Assembly (NCBI GenBank): GCA_964537895.1
Contig: CAZIDK010000001.1
Location: 134,198-198,197, forward strand
Length of the DNA stretch: 64,000 bases
Direction: 5' to 3'
Origin: an uncultured Gammaproteobacteria bacterium
Lineage (GTDB): Bacteria > Patescibacteriota > Microgenomatia > Levybacterales > UBA12049
In this document: positions 41,529 to 50,755 of the stretch, one piece after another
How positions within the stretch are numbered: the stretch's first letter is position 1
Layout: every line of letters starts with the position of its first letter
Translations under genes and position numbers: made by a program
Notes under the pieces: generated by a model
The model's database searches: none
The model's input: only the letters and a program-made list of their open reading frames with translations
What the model was told of the DNA's origin: nothing

Positions 41529-41585
41529 AGTTTTTGGGCGTCTTTTCCGAAAAAGACGCAAAGAGCGATTGCTTTCACAAAAAAT

Positions 41586-42071
41586 CTATTTAATAGCAGA
41601 GATTTTTCTTGAAAATGCGTGGGTTAAGGCAATTGCCAAAGCGTCGGTTGTGTCGTCGAGTTTTGGAATTTCTTTTAAATTAAGAAGGGTCTTTACCATC
41701 TTCCCAATTTGGTTTTTCTCCGCTCTGCCGTAACCTGTAACCGCAATTTTAACCTGCAAAGGGGTATAAATATAGTTTTTTAGCTTATTTTCTGCCCCTG
41801 CCAAAAGCACCACACCGCGCGCCTGACCGACAACAAAAGCGGTTTTGGCGTTGGTATTAAAAAAGAGCTCTTCAATTGCCATTTCTTCGGGCGAATATTG
41901 CTTAATTAATTTTGAGATCTCTCTATAAATTGCGGAAAGTCGTAATGAAACTTCCGCGGTGCTTGGCGTTTGAATACACCCAAAACCCCTAACTTCCAGC
42001 TTCGAGCCCCTAGCTTCCAAAACGCCCCACCCGCATCTTGCAATTCCCGGATCAATTCCTAATATGACCAT
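41586..42071 (-). CDS. ruvC: Holliday junction resolvase RuvC
   Basis: ILGIDPG, MAIEELFF..N, GQARGV, YTPLQVK..VTGYG.A.K and DD..DALAIA motifs. Confidence 0.98.
   Translation of the reverse strand: MVILGIDPGIARCGWGVLEARGSKLEVRGFGCIQTPSTAEVSLRLSAIYREISKLIKQYSPEEMAIEELFFNTNAKTAFVVGQARGVVLLAGAENKLKNYIYTPLQVKIAVTGYGRAEKNQIGKMVKTLLNLKEIPKLDDTTDALAIALTHAFSRKISAIK
41984..42018 (-). repeat. In-frame heptamer array in ruvC (EARGSKLEVRG)
   Basis: AACCCCT AACTTCC AGCTTCG AGCCCCT AGCTTCC. Confidence 0.75.
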
Positions 42072-42073
42072 TT

Positions 42074-42358
42074 ATCCTGCACCTTTCTCAAATATTTAAC
42101 GAGTTTGAAAGTCTCTTATAAATATTTGTAATTCCCTGACCGTAATTTTTTAAGGCCTGCTCTCTTTTCCTTGCGTCTTTTTCAGAAAGATAAGCTTCAT
42201 AATAAACCAGCACTAAAGGCAGTCTGTGTTTGGTTGAAAAGACTTTCACTCCATTATGCAATTTTATTCTGTTCTTCAAATCATTTGTTGAACCGATATA
42301 GCATTTATTATCTTTTTTACTTTTCAAAATGTAGACATATGACATAAAGGTGCAGGAT
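42074..42358. mobile_element. Putative inverted-repeat-bounded GIY-YIG cassette
   Basis: 13-bp perfect IR ATCCTGCACCTTT (42074-42086) / AAAGGTGCAGGAT (42346-42358) tightly brackets the gene. Confidence 0.65.
42088..42345 (-). CDS. Small GIY-YIG nuclease (UPF0213-like), 85 aa
   Basis: MSYVYILKS.....YIGSTNDL..R...HN......T....P..LVYYE.Y....A..RE..LK. Confidence 0.92.
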   Translation of the reverse strand: MSYVYILKSKKDNKCYIGSTNDLKNRIKLHNGVKVFSTKHRLPLVLVYYEAYLSEKDARKREQALKNYGQGITNIYKRLSNSLNI

Positions 42359-42421
42359 GAACCTATCTTATCACATTCGCATATTGTAATAGAGAGGCTT
42401 TTCCTGTAGAATGGTATCTTA

Positions 42422-43144
42422 ATGAAAAGGTATAAATTGCTTGTCGAAAAAAGAAAAATTCTCGGCAAACAAATTAAAAAATTAAGGAAAGAGGGTATTT
42501 TGCCCGGAAACATCTTTGGCAAAAATATAAAATCCACATCGGTTCAGGTTCCGTTAAAGGAATTTAACGCCGTTTATAAAGAAACTGGAGAAACAGGACT
42601 CGTTGACTTGGAGCTGGATGGAAAAATAATCCCTGTTCTTATTCAAAATCTTCAATCAGACTACAAAAACAATATTTTACACGCCAACTTCTATCAGGTA
42701 AACCTTAAAGAAAAAGTTAAGGCCGCGATACCTTTGGAAATTATAGGAGAACCAACAGCCGTAACCGAAAAACTCGGGCTTTTGATAAATATTTTATCCG
42801 AAGTCGAAGTCGAAGCCTTACCCGAGGATTTGCCTGAAAATATTCAGGTTAACGTTGAGCATTTGGCCGCAGTTGACGATCAAATAACAGTCGCCGACCT
42901 TAAGATACCTACCGGAGTTGAAATTTTAACCGATGCAACGCAGGTTGTGGCAAAGATTGACGAATTAGTCAGTAAAGAAGCTCAAGAATTGGCTGCCGAA
43001 GAAGCCGCAGCTGCCGAAGCGGCCAAAGCGGAAGCCGGAGCGGCTGAAGGTGCCGAAGGCGCACCTGCAGAAGGAGAAACTTCCGCCGAAGGCGAAGGAA
43101 AACCAAGTGAAGAAAAGCCGGCAGATGAAGCTCCTAAAGAATAA
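42422..43144 (+). CDS. rplY: 50S ribosomal protein L25 (Ctc type)
   Basis: R..LGK..KKLRKEG..PG.IFG, ILHANFYQV; acidic tail. Confidence 0.95.
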   Translation: MKRYKLLVEKRKILGKQIKKLRKEGILPGNIFGKNIKSTSVQVPLKEFNAVYKETGETGLVDLELDGKIIPVLIQNLQSDYKNNILHANFYQVNLKEKVKAAIPLEIIGEPTAVTEKLGLLINILSEVEVEALPEDLPENIQVNVEHLAAVDDQITVADLKIPTGVEILTDATQVVAKIDELVSKEAQELAAEEAAAAEAAKAEAGAAEGAEGAPAEGETSAEGEGKPSEEKPADEAPKE

Positions 43145-43603
43145 CTACTTATTGCCTAATTCTTTCTGCAGTTTTAACGCTTCCTCGTAGTTTGGGTCAA
43201 TAAATAAAGTTTTTTGCAAATATTGGTTTGCAGATTTAAAATTCCCCAACTGAAACTCTCTAGCCGCTATTTGAAAATAAACTTCTTTGTAGTTTTTGTA
43301 TTTATCGGAAAATGATTTCCAAATGTTTATTTCGTGGATTAATTTCTGCCGTTGAACTTGAATTTGTTGATTTTTGCTGTAATTTCTATATAGATCAACT
43401 GCGGTAAATAATATTAATGCCACAACTGCCGTAAAAATAAAAACAATTGTCATTTTTTTCAGAATTTGTAAAATACGGACGAATTCAGGACTTTCGGTAA
43501 TTCTTCGGTAAATCCTCGGGGATTGTAGCTTCCTAACCGCTGATTTAAACCTTGCCTGTTTCCTAATTTGTTTTGAGGATTTTTTTATATTCTTGAACTT
43601 CAT
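43145..43603 (-). CDS. Membrane-anchored protein with a TPR-like C-terminus
   Basis: TM helix and 'LGNF..A..YL.K.L.IDPN..EA' motif. Confidence 0.65.
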   Translation of the reverse strand: MKFKNIKKSSKQIRKQARFKSAVRKLQSPRIYRRITESPEFVRILQILKKMTIVFIFTAVVALILFTAVDLYRNYSKNQQIQVQRQKLIHEINIWKSFSDKYKNYKEVYFQIAAREFQLGNFKSANQYLQKTLFIDPNYEEALKLQKELGNK

Positions 43604-45762
43604 GCGCTTTTAGCCGGCCATTTTGAAACTATAAGGCTCTCCCCTTTCCCAAACAGAACTTGGTTTATCTCCTCCGTAACAAAAGGCATGAAGGGATGCA
43701 GTAGCCTTAGGAGAATTAAGAATAAAGAATTAAGAATTAAGAATGAATTCTCGTCGATCCTATTCTTAACATCCTCAATATACACGTCTGCGAATTCATG
43801 CCAGGCAAAATTATAAAGGTTTTGCGCCGCATGATTAAAATCATATTTCTCCAAAAGCCTGGTAACTTCCGCTGTTAATTTTTCGACTTTTTGAAGCATT
43901 TCCGCATCCTTCTCATTTTTAACAATTTTTTCCAGTTCTTTCAAGGATTTTTGATTTTTGTCCTGAGCTTGGGCTTCGACTGAGCTCAGCCGAATGTCCC
44001 GAATGGATGATTTTTGATTTCGATTCATATCAATGAATCGTGCCATATTCCAAAGCTTATTGGTAAAATTGCGCATTGCTTGTAATTTTGAAAAGGACAA
44101 TGCTTGATCATTTCCCAAGGCTGTTCCGTAAACCAAAGCAAAACGCACCGCGTCTGCGCCATATGTATCAAGAAGTTCCAAGGGATTTATTGCATTACCC
44201 TTGCTTTTACTCATTTTCTTGCCCAAAGGGTCGTTTACCAGGCCGTGCAGGACAATAGTCTCAAAAGGCACTTTTTTTGTCTCGTAAATCCCGAGCATTA
44301 CCATCCTGGCTGCCCAAAACCTTAAAATGTCATAACCGGTTTCCATAACAGTGGTTGGATAAAATGTATCATAATCCCCTTCTTTTGCTGTTTGCAAAGT
44401 TGCGAAGGGCCATTGACCAGAGGAAAACCAAGTATCAAAAGCGTCCTCATCTTGCTTCATTTTTCCCGAACATTTCCCGCATTTTTCCCGAACATCCCCA
44501 TCTGTTACTTCCCACTCTCCGCACTTTTCGCACTTAAAAGCGGGTATTCTAATTCCCCACACGATTTGCCTTGAGATATTCCAATCTCTTATATTTTCTA
44601 AAAATTGAAAATAAAGTTTTTCCATATTTTTAGGATAAACTTTAATCTTGCCTGATTTTACAATTTCTATTGCCGGCTTTGCCAAAGGCTCCATTTTTAT
44701 AAACCACTGCTCCAGTGGCAAAGGCTCAATTGGATTTTTACATTTATAGCAAAGTCCGATTCTATGGGTATACTTATCATCTATTTTTTCTATTAACCCT
44801 TTTTTTTGCATCTCCTCAACAACCGCTTTTCTTGCCTGCTTTACGTAAAGTCCGGAAAATTTACCTGCTTTTTCATTCATTTTCCCATCCAGTCCAATTA
44901 CCTGAACCATTGGCAAATTATGTCTTTTTGCTACTTCAAAATCGTCAAAATCATGGGCCGGAGTTATTTTTACAACGCCTGTGCCGAATTCCTGATCAAC
45001 CATTTTATCTGCCACGACTTTAATTTTTGCTTTACCCAAAACCGTTTCTATGTCCAATTCTTTTCCAATGTATTTTTGGTAACGTTTGTCATCGGGGTGA
45101 ACAGCAACCGCAGTGTCTCCGAATTTTGTTTCCGGCCTTGTTGTTGCCAAAACCAAAGATCCATATTTTATGTAATAAAGGGGGTTTTGACGTTCTTCGT
45201 AAATTACTTCCAAGTCCGAAAAACTGGTCCCGTCAAAAGTACAGTAATTAACAAGTCTTTCCGCCCTGTAAATTAATCCGTCATCATGTAATTTTTTAAA
45301 AGTTTTATAAACTATTTTTACTATGTCTTTATCAAGCGTGAATTTTCTCCTGCTCCAATCAAGTGAAAAACCAAGACGTCTTAGCTGGTTTTCCATAACA
45401 GGCCTATTGCTTTGCACAAAATCCCAAATCATTTTATACAAAGTTTCCCGGGAATAATCAAAGCGTGACTTCCCTTCGGCTTGTAATTTTTTCTCAAACA
45501 CAAATTGCGTTTCAAAGCCCGCATGATCTGCTCCGGGAAGCCAGAGGGCTTTAAATCCCTGCATTCTTTTAAAACGAATGAGAATGTCTTCCAAAACATA
45601 CATTGCGTGGCCAAAGTGAAGCGGCGCGTTTGCGTTCGGAGGAGGTAAAATTATCGAGTAAGATTTGCCTTTAGGATTTACTTCGGGACTAAAATATCCT
45701 TTTTCTTCCCATTCTTTGTATATTTTTTCTTCAACATTTTTGTGACTATATACCTTATCCAT
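43600..45762 (-). CDS. valS: Valine--tRNA ligase (compact form)
   Basis: PPPNA...LHFGHA, PGADHAG, ATTRPET, GTGVVKITPAHD, DWNISRQ, KMSKS and LLHPFMPF motifs. Confidence 0.98.
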   Translation of the reverse strand: MDKVYSHKNVEEKIYKEWEEKGYFSPEVNPKGKSYSIILPPPNANAPLHFGHAMYVLEDILIRFKRMQGFKALWLPGADHAGFETQFVFEKKLQAEGKSRFDYSRETLYKMIWDFVQSNRPVMENQLRRLGFSLDWSRRKFTLDKDIVKIVYKTFKKLHDDGLIYRAERLVNYCTFDGTSFSDLEVIYEERQNPLYYIKYGSLVLATTRPETKFGDTAVAVHPDDKRYQKYIGKELDIETVLGKAKIKVVADKMVDQEFGTGVVKITPAHDFDDFEVAKRHNLPMVQVIGLDGKMNEKAGKFSGLYVKQARKAVVEEMQKKGLIEKIDDKYTHRIGLCYKCKNPIEPLPLEQWFIKMEPLAKPAIEIVKSGKIKVYPKNMEKLYFQFLENIRDWNISRQIVWGIRIPAFKCEKCGEWEVTDGDVREKCGKCSGKMKQDEDAFDTWFSSGQWPFATLQTAKEGDYDTFYPTTVMETGYDILRFWAARMVMLGIYETKKVPFETIVLHGLVNDPLGKKMSKSKGNAINPLELLDTYGADAVRFALVYGTALGNDQALSFSKLQAMRNFTNKLWNMARFIDMNRNQKSSIRDIRLSSVEAQAQDKNQKSLKELEKIVKNEKDAEMLQKVEKLTAEVTRLLEKYDFNHAAQNLYNFAWHEFADVYIEDVKNRIDENSFLILNSLFLILLRLLHPFMPFVTEEINQVLFGKGESLIVSKWPAKSA
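43712..43746 (-). repeat. In-frame heptamer array in valS (FLILNSLFLIL)
   Basis: AGAATTA AGAATAA AGAATTA AGAATTA AGAATGA. Confidence 0.85.
43946..44019 (-). repeat. 74-bp nested palindromic element, copy 2, in frame in valS
   Basis: Identical to 18253..18326 in reverse complement; same 25-aa peptide. Confidence 0.97.
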
Positions 45763-45764
45763 AC

Positions 45765-45856
45765 ACCCTGCACTTTCTTTTTAAAAAAACTTACCTTGCA
45801 ATACTTCTTATTTTATAGCTTTTTCAAGCTAATGGCTAGTGATGAAAGTGCAGGGT
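45765..45856. mobile_element. Gene-less MITE-like element with the same IR family as the GIY-YIG cassette
   Basis: 13-bp perfect IR ACCCTGCACTTTC (45765-45777) / GAAAGTGCAGGGT (45844-45856). Confidence 0.6.
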
Positions 45857-45859
45857 AAA

Positions 45860-47161
45860 TTAAACCTCTATTAGTTTATAGCCTCTTGTTTTTATTGTTT
45901 GTATTTCGTAGTTATTGTCCTGGTTTTTTAATTTATTCCGCACCCTTGCAATAAGCTTATCTATCGCCCAATCCGATACACCCAACTCTTCTTCCTCCGG
46001 CCAAATTATTTCGATAATCTGTTCCCTTTCGCAAATCTTATCTTTATTTTCCAAAAGAAAGTTAAACAATAAATTTTCTTTTTTACTGAATTCATTATTT
46101 GCATCTTTCGAGCTTATATTTGTTTCTTTTTGTCTGACAAAATCCGCAAAAAGTTTACTGAAAACATAATTATTTGCGCCTATTGTTTTTATAAACCCGG
46201 TATTCCAAAGATATATTGATTTTCTTTTTTCTTCCGTCAAAATTTTCTCACTATTTGCTATTTTTAACAGTATTTTTTGGGCATTTTTGTCCAAACTTTC
46301 CCAGAGCTCTTCCGACTGAAGGTTAATTCTTTCATCTTTACTAAGGCCTAGGTAAAGTTTTTCTTTTGTTCTTATCGCTTCTTTTTTTTCGTGAAGAAAA
46401 ATAAGCGCCAGCTGAAGATATTGCGTATAACCATCAACCAATTCAAATAAATAATCTTCGAGATATTCAGAAAGAGGAACTCCAAAACGTTTTTTATAAC
46501 TTGTGAATATTGTTTTTACATCTTCTGTTTTTGCAGGGCTAATATAAATGTTTTTAAAAAATACCGTCCAAGAAGTCTTTGGAAAAGCCGAAGGCATAAG
46601 TTTTTTTAAAGGCTGGTAGCTGGTAAAAACAAAAGCAACTTGCTGGTTAGTTGACTTAATCCCTTCTAAATTTGCGAAAAACTCCGGAGTTACCGCGTCT
46701 TTCATTCGGTCAAACCTGACAAAAAAAATGGTTGGTAAATATCCTTGTTCCGTAATCTTTAGAAGCGAAAGACGAACGCTGTCTATTGTAAAAAATAAAT
46801 CCTGAAGCTGAATGCTTTCTAAAAATAAATTTCCGATTTGCTCTTTAATTTTTTCGTCAATTGGGTACTCCTCTACCGAATCTACAATTCTTTTTAAAGT
46901 TAGTGTCCAGAATGGTGCGATTTCGCACTCAACTAAATCATTAAGCTCTATGGGAATGAATAAATGTCTCCTGTAATCCTTTATGTAGGTTCCCGGGATG
47001 TCTTTATTGTTTAAAAAAAAGCGGAGGAAATTACTTATTCCCACCTTTTTCATTCCTATCAAAACAACTGCGTGTCTGTTTTTCAAGTGCTTGCCGAGTT
47101 CTTCCGACTCGTCTTGCCTAAAAGTTAAAGGATAATTTTCTTCTATTATGTTATGCGTCAT
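45860..47161 (-). CDS. Degenerate P-loop domain protein with a C-terminal OmpR/PhoB-type winged HTH
   Basis: Walker-A-like GMKKVGIS lacks the Lys; C-terminal KKE..L..FL...ICEREQII..IW...AID..I.R.R.KL...IQTIKTRGY. Confidence 0.8.
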   Translation of the reverse strand: MTHNIIEENYPLTFRQDESEELGKHLKNRHAVVLIGMKKVGISNFLRFFLNNKDIPGTYIKDYRRHLFIPIELNDLVECEIAPFWTLTLKRIVDSVEEYPIDEKIKEQIGNLFLESIQLQDLFFTIDSVRLSLLKITEQGYLPTIFFVRFDRMKDAVTPEFFANLEGIKSTNQQVAFVFTSYQPLKKLMPSAFPKTSWTVFFKNIYISPAKTEDVKTIFTSYKKRFGVPLSEYLEDYLFELVDGYTQYLQLALIFLHEKKEAIRTKEKLYLGLSKDERINLQSEELWESLDKNAQKILLKIANSEKILTEEKRKSIYLWNTGFIKTIGANNYVFSKLFADFVRQKETNISSKDANNEFSKKENLLFNFLLENKDKICEREQIIEIIWPEEEELGVSDWAIDKLIARVRNKLKNQDNNYEIQTIKTRGYKLIEV

Positions 47162-47211
47162 ATTCGTGCCTCTATTGTAATTGCCGAAGGATTATTTAGC
47201 AATAAGGCTGG

Positions 47212-47229
47212 ATGTCAGGTTAATGTCAG
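47212..47229. promoter_or_regulatory. OmpR/PhoB-box-like direct repeat
   Basis: ATGTCAG-N4-ATGTCAG (11-bp period) upstream of the wHTH gene; an in-phase CCGTCAA at 47245. Confidence 0.5.
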
Positions 47230-47284
47230 ACAAAAATCCCCTAACCGTCAAGCCGGGTAAAGATTAGTCATTTATTATGTTGTT

Positions 47285-47509
47285 ATGGCATTAGCTGAAA
47301 GTCCAAGCAACACAGGATACTATCGTGAAATAAGAACCATGGAGGCACGTCAAAGACTTCGAAGTTCGCTACGAAGACCAGAAGGAACTTCAAGTTCTCC
47401 GTTGAGAGTAATCCGACTAGGCAGAGTATCTGTTGATGTCAGTGGACCAACAGATACGCTTTTACCCGAAGGGCAAGATGTGGTCATATCCCGGAGAACC
47501 GTAAGATAA
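47285..47509 (+). CDS. Small hypothetical protein
   Basis: 74-aa ORF in intergenic space. Confidence 0.5.
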   Translation: MALAESPSNTGYYREIRTMEARQRLRSSLRRPEGTSSSPLRVIRLGRVSVDVSGPTDTLLPEGQDVVISRRTVR

Positions 47510-47549
47510 GTTTCCGCCGCATAATCCCTCTTGAAGCAAATAGGAAAAG

Positions 47550-50228
47550 CTATTTTTTAGCTAAATTTATTAAAATATTCCTGTCGCTGTTTAGGCTTCC
47601 CGAATAAACTACTCTTCCGTTATCATCTGCTCCGTCACTTGCAGAAACAACTCTAAACCCGCTCGGATATGTAAGCGAAAAATCATAAGGATACTCCTCT
47701 GTTCCGGGCTGTTTGAAAATACGCAAATCATAATTTAAAACAGGTGAGGAAACTAAAACCCGGTCGTTAAGCGAGTAATCAAAAGTTATTGTTTGCAGAG
47801 CGTTAACGGGAACGTTTGTTAAGAAACCGTAGATTGTTTTTCCATTCTGATCACGTTTTTCAATTTCCAGCTTTTTGGGCGGAGAAAAATTTTTATTTTC
47901 GTAAATCTGGGGATTAGTAATCGCATCAACTGTACTTTGAGCTTGTCCGTTTATTTTTACACCTGTTAGCTGTGCTCCTTGCGGCAATATAAACCTCAAA
48001 TAATTTTTATAAATTCCTCCGGGCCAAATACCATTTACGTTTGTATTTTTATAAGCAACGGTAATGCTTGCGGAAACACTACCGTTATCATCAATATTAA
48101 CAACTTGGGAAACGCTTCTTTTGATAAAATAATTCGCTTTATTAATGCCTAGATTTGCTTCGCTAATACCAAAAAAATCATTAATAAGGTTTTTCTCTTG
48201 TTTTCTATCATCCCACAGGGATGAAGACCAGCCGTTAACGGTGAAAAGGTTTTGGATACTTGAATTATCAAATGCAAAAAGAACGTGTTTTTGCGAAATA
48301 GAGTCCCCAACTGCCTGAGCCAGAGAAAGATAAGAAATATTCTTATTGGTTGCTATGTTATTTTCCATTGCCTGCAACAAAAGTCGTAAAAAATCTTTCT
48401 TTTGCGTAGACCCCGGGAAAAAGTTTTTTTCCGCGTGAGACTGTGTAAGCGCAAAAAGGTTGCCGGAGTTTACGTATTCATTGTACTCCGGAACATAAAC
48501 CTGGCCCATTGCGGAAAGAATATTTTTAACAAAAGAAACGTCAACCCCAATAACTCCGTTAACCGTCTGTTTTTTTGTTAAGCTAAGGAAACGCGCTGCC
48601 GCGGCCGCATCATTAATATAGTCAACGTCAAAATTACTGTCTCTCATATATAGGTTAACGGACGCAAGATGGCGCCTTATGGCAAATGGCGGCTCCACAT
48701 GCCCCCTTAACTGTCCGTCCGCATCATAAACGTCATATATCTTAAAAGCCGAAACCTTACCGTTTTTAACGGTAAGAATTCCGTATGAACCTATAAATCC
48801 CCCTCCGGGCCTTAACTCCATATTGTTTTGAAATAAAACTAAGTAAGTTTTCTCATTATTAAAACCAAGTAAATCCGGCCAAACATCTACGGTATTGGAA
48901 ATAAAATTAATTAAAGGGTCAATTTTTTGCGTAATGTCGGAAAAATTCTGTCCCTGCGCTTTTTCTTTTTCAAAAATCACAATGGCGTTTTTCAAATAAT
49001 TAGACGCATCAATAAAATTGCTCACAGATTTAACATCGCTGGAAAAAGCCAGGGTTAAGGATTTTGACGCATTCAAAAGATAAGTTCCGGCCGTTGAAAC
49101 ATTCTTTCCGGTTTCTATATCGCCGGCCAATTTGTTAAGGAGATCTTGTTTCCCAAAAACCTGGCTTTCGGCAGATAATATGACCCACGCATTTTGAGCG
49201 AGAGAAAAAGAATTTTTAGCAAAATACACGGATTTTTCGGCGGCTATAAAGTCTCCTTTATCAAGCGACGCTTTTGCGTTTTTAAGCGATTCAAGTCCCA
49301 AGAACGAAAACCCCAAGGTTGTGATGAGCGGTAAGGACAAAAAAAACACGATGCAAAAAATTAACCAGAAAAATGGCAGAGCTATGCTGTTTCGCTCTTT
49401 ATATGGATTACTAGTTATAACGATGGATTTTAAAGGCTGTTTTTCTTTAATGCCTACGTTTTTTATTTTATCTTCTAATGCATAGTTCTCGCCTAAAAGA
49501 TAAACGCCTTCCGTTGAAAAAACATAATTTTTTTGCTGGGGGTTTTTTTCTTTAACAAAATCGATATGAAGCGCCGGATTTGCTTTTTGCAGCATATGGG
49601 CAAGAGAGATTAACGTTACTCCGTGTTTTGGAAATAAATAGAAAAGGTTTTTGTTTTCTCCATCTCCAAAAACGGCTTCGAAAATCCCCGTAACGACATC
49701 TTCTAGAAATACGGGGTAAGTTACGCTTGTACCGTCTCCTGGTACATCGATTTTGTTGTAATTTTGCGCTTGATAAATAAATTTATTAACAGCAAATTTT
49801 GTATCGTAAATAATATCCTTACAAAAAATATCGCCGAAAACAGCTATTTTTGCTTTTTGGTAAACATTTGGAATTTCTGCTACAAACGGCTCGTTTATTC
49901 GCAAAATATGGGTAGCAAATAAGAATACCGCTCTATCGTATTGAGCTTTTTTTATAAAACTTGGTAAAGAATCTTTCGTGGCACTTGTTTGATCATCAAC
50001 AACAAAAATGTGTGAATATGTATTGTCCGGAACCGTTGGATTTTTTTTAAAAAACGGGATGTGAACAACATTTTCCGGCGAGGATGGTTTTTTTTGACTG
50101 ACAAAAATAATCAAGGACTCATCTTTAAGCTGTTCTAAAAGCGCGTCTCCTATTATCCCTATCCTGTCAACAATAAGTATGGGGTTTCCATCCTTTTTTT
50201 CGGATGTTACAAAGGCAGATCTTTTCAC
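47550..50228 (-). CDS. DUF4012-containing membrane protein with an N-terminal epimerase/dehydratase-like domain
   Basis: YLVLFQNNMELRPGGGFIGS, RDSNF, NLGINKAN and KQPGT motifs; N-terminal 'GDG....P.F..D.V.G' pattern. Confidence 0.85.
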   Translation of the reverse strand: MKRSAFVTSEKKDGNPILIVDRIGIIGDALLEQLKDESLIIFVSQKKPSSPENVVHIPFFKKNPTVPDNTYSHIFVVDDQTSATKDSLPSFIKKAQYDRAVFLFATHILRINEPFVAEIPNVYQKAKIAVFGDIFCKDIIYDTKFAVNKFIYQAQNYNKIDVPGDGTSVTYPVFLEDVVTGIFEAVFGDGENKNLFYLFPKHGVTLISLAHMLQKANPALHIDFVKEKNPQQKNYVFSTEGVYLLGENYALEDKIKNVGIKEKQPLKSIVITSNPYKERNSIALPFFWLIFCIVFFLSLPLITTLGFSFLGLESLKNAKASLDKGDFIAAEKSVYFAKNSFSLAQNAWVILSAESQVFGKQDLLNKLAGDIETGKNVSTAGTYLLNASKSLTLAFSSDVKSVSNFIDASNYLKNAIVIFEKEKAQGQNFSDITQKIDPLINFISNTVDVWPDLLGFNNEKTYLVLFQNNMELRPGGGFIGSYGILTVKNGKVSAFKIYDVYDADGQLRGHVEPPFAIRRHLASVNLYMRDSNFDVDYINDAAAAARFLSLTKKQTVNGVIGVDVSFVKNILSAMGQVYVPEYNEYVNSGNLFALTQSHAEKNFFPGSTQKKDFLRLLLQAMENNIATNKNISYLSLAQAVGDSISQKHVLFAFDNSSIQNLFTVNGWSSSLWDDRKQEKNLINDFFGISEANLGINKANYFIKRSVSQVVNIDDNGSVSASITVAYKNTNVNGIWPGGIYKNYLRFILPQGAQLTGVKINGQAQSTVDAITNPQIYENKNFSPPKKLEIEKRDQNGKTIYGFLTNVPVNALQTITFDYSLNDRVLVSSPVLNYDLRIFKQPGTEEYPYDFSLTYPSGFRVVSASDGADDNGRVVYSGSLNSDRNILINLAKK

Positions 50229-50247
50229 AAGAACTATTGTAGAAGCT

Positions 50248-50670
50248 CTAGAGCAGGTTGTCCAGCGCTAAATTAACCAGTTCGTCTGCCCTTTTGTTTT
50301 TTTCCCTTGCGATATGATTCCACTGAAGAGGCAGTCCTAATTGCGCTTGTTTTTCCCTAACCGTAAAGACTAATTCTCTTATGCTTTCCGCTTTAACTTT
50401 AAAAATTCCTTTTATTTGGGAATACACAAGCTGGGAGTCTACAAAAAAAGATATCTTTGCGTTTTTTTCTAAATTCTGCTTATTTTCCAAAAGCCAGGAA
50501 AGAGCTGCCAGAACAGCTTTATATTCGGCGGTATTATTCGTTGCCTCCCCAATTCTTTTGCCAATTGCCGCCAATTCGTTGCCTTTGTCATCAACTATGT
50601 AAACCCCGATTGCCGCAGGCCCCGGATTACCCCTTGCTCCCCCGTCCGTAAAGATAGAAATGTTATTCAT
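50248..50670 (-). CDS. rnhA: Ribonuclease HI family protein
   Basis: TDGGARGNPGPA, TNNTAEY, DSQLV..Q..G and REKNKRAD motifs. Confidence 0.93.
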   Translation of the reverse strand: MNNISIFTDGGARGNPGPAAIGVYIVDDKGNELAAIGKRIGEATNNTAEYKAVLAALSWLLENKQNLEKNAKISFFVDSQLVYSQIKGIFKVKAESIRELVFTVREKQAQLGLPLQWNHIAREKNKRADELVNLALDNLL

Positions 50671-50755
50671 TTTCGTGTGTCTTTTCCAAAAATTTTAACA
50701 GAATACCGCTTAAAAGCCAATAAGGCAAAAACGAGTTCTTCCGAAATTCCGGTAA

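Noticed and set aside
41348-41733. Three short ORFs in the ruvC-ruvA spacer
   Set aside because: They overlap a repeat/hairpin element or are antisense to ruvC, with no recognisable motifs.
42346-42537. N-terminal extension of the GIY-YIG ORF given in the track
   Set aside because: It overlaps rplY on the opposite strand; the domain starts at MSYVYIL, directly next to the IR.
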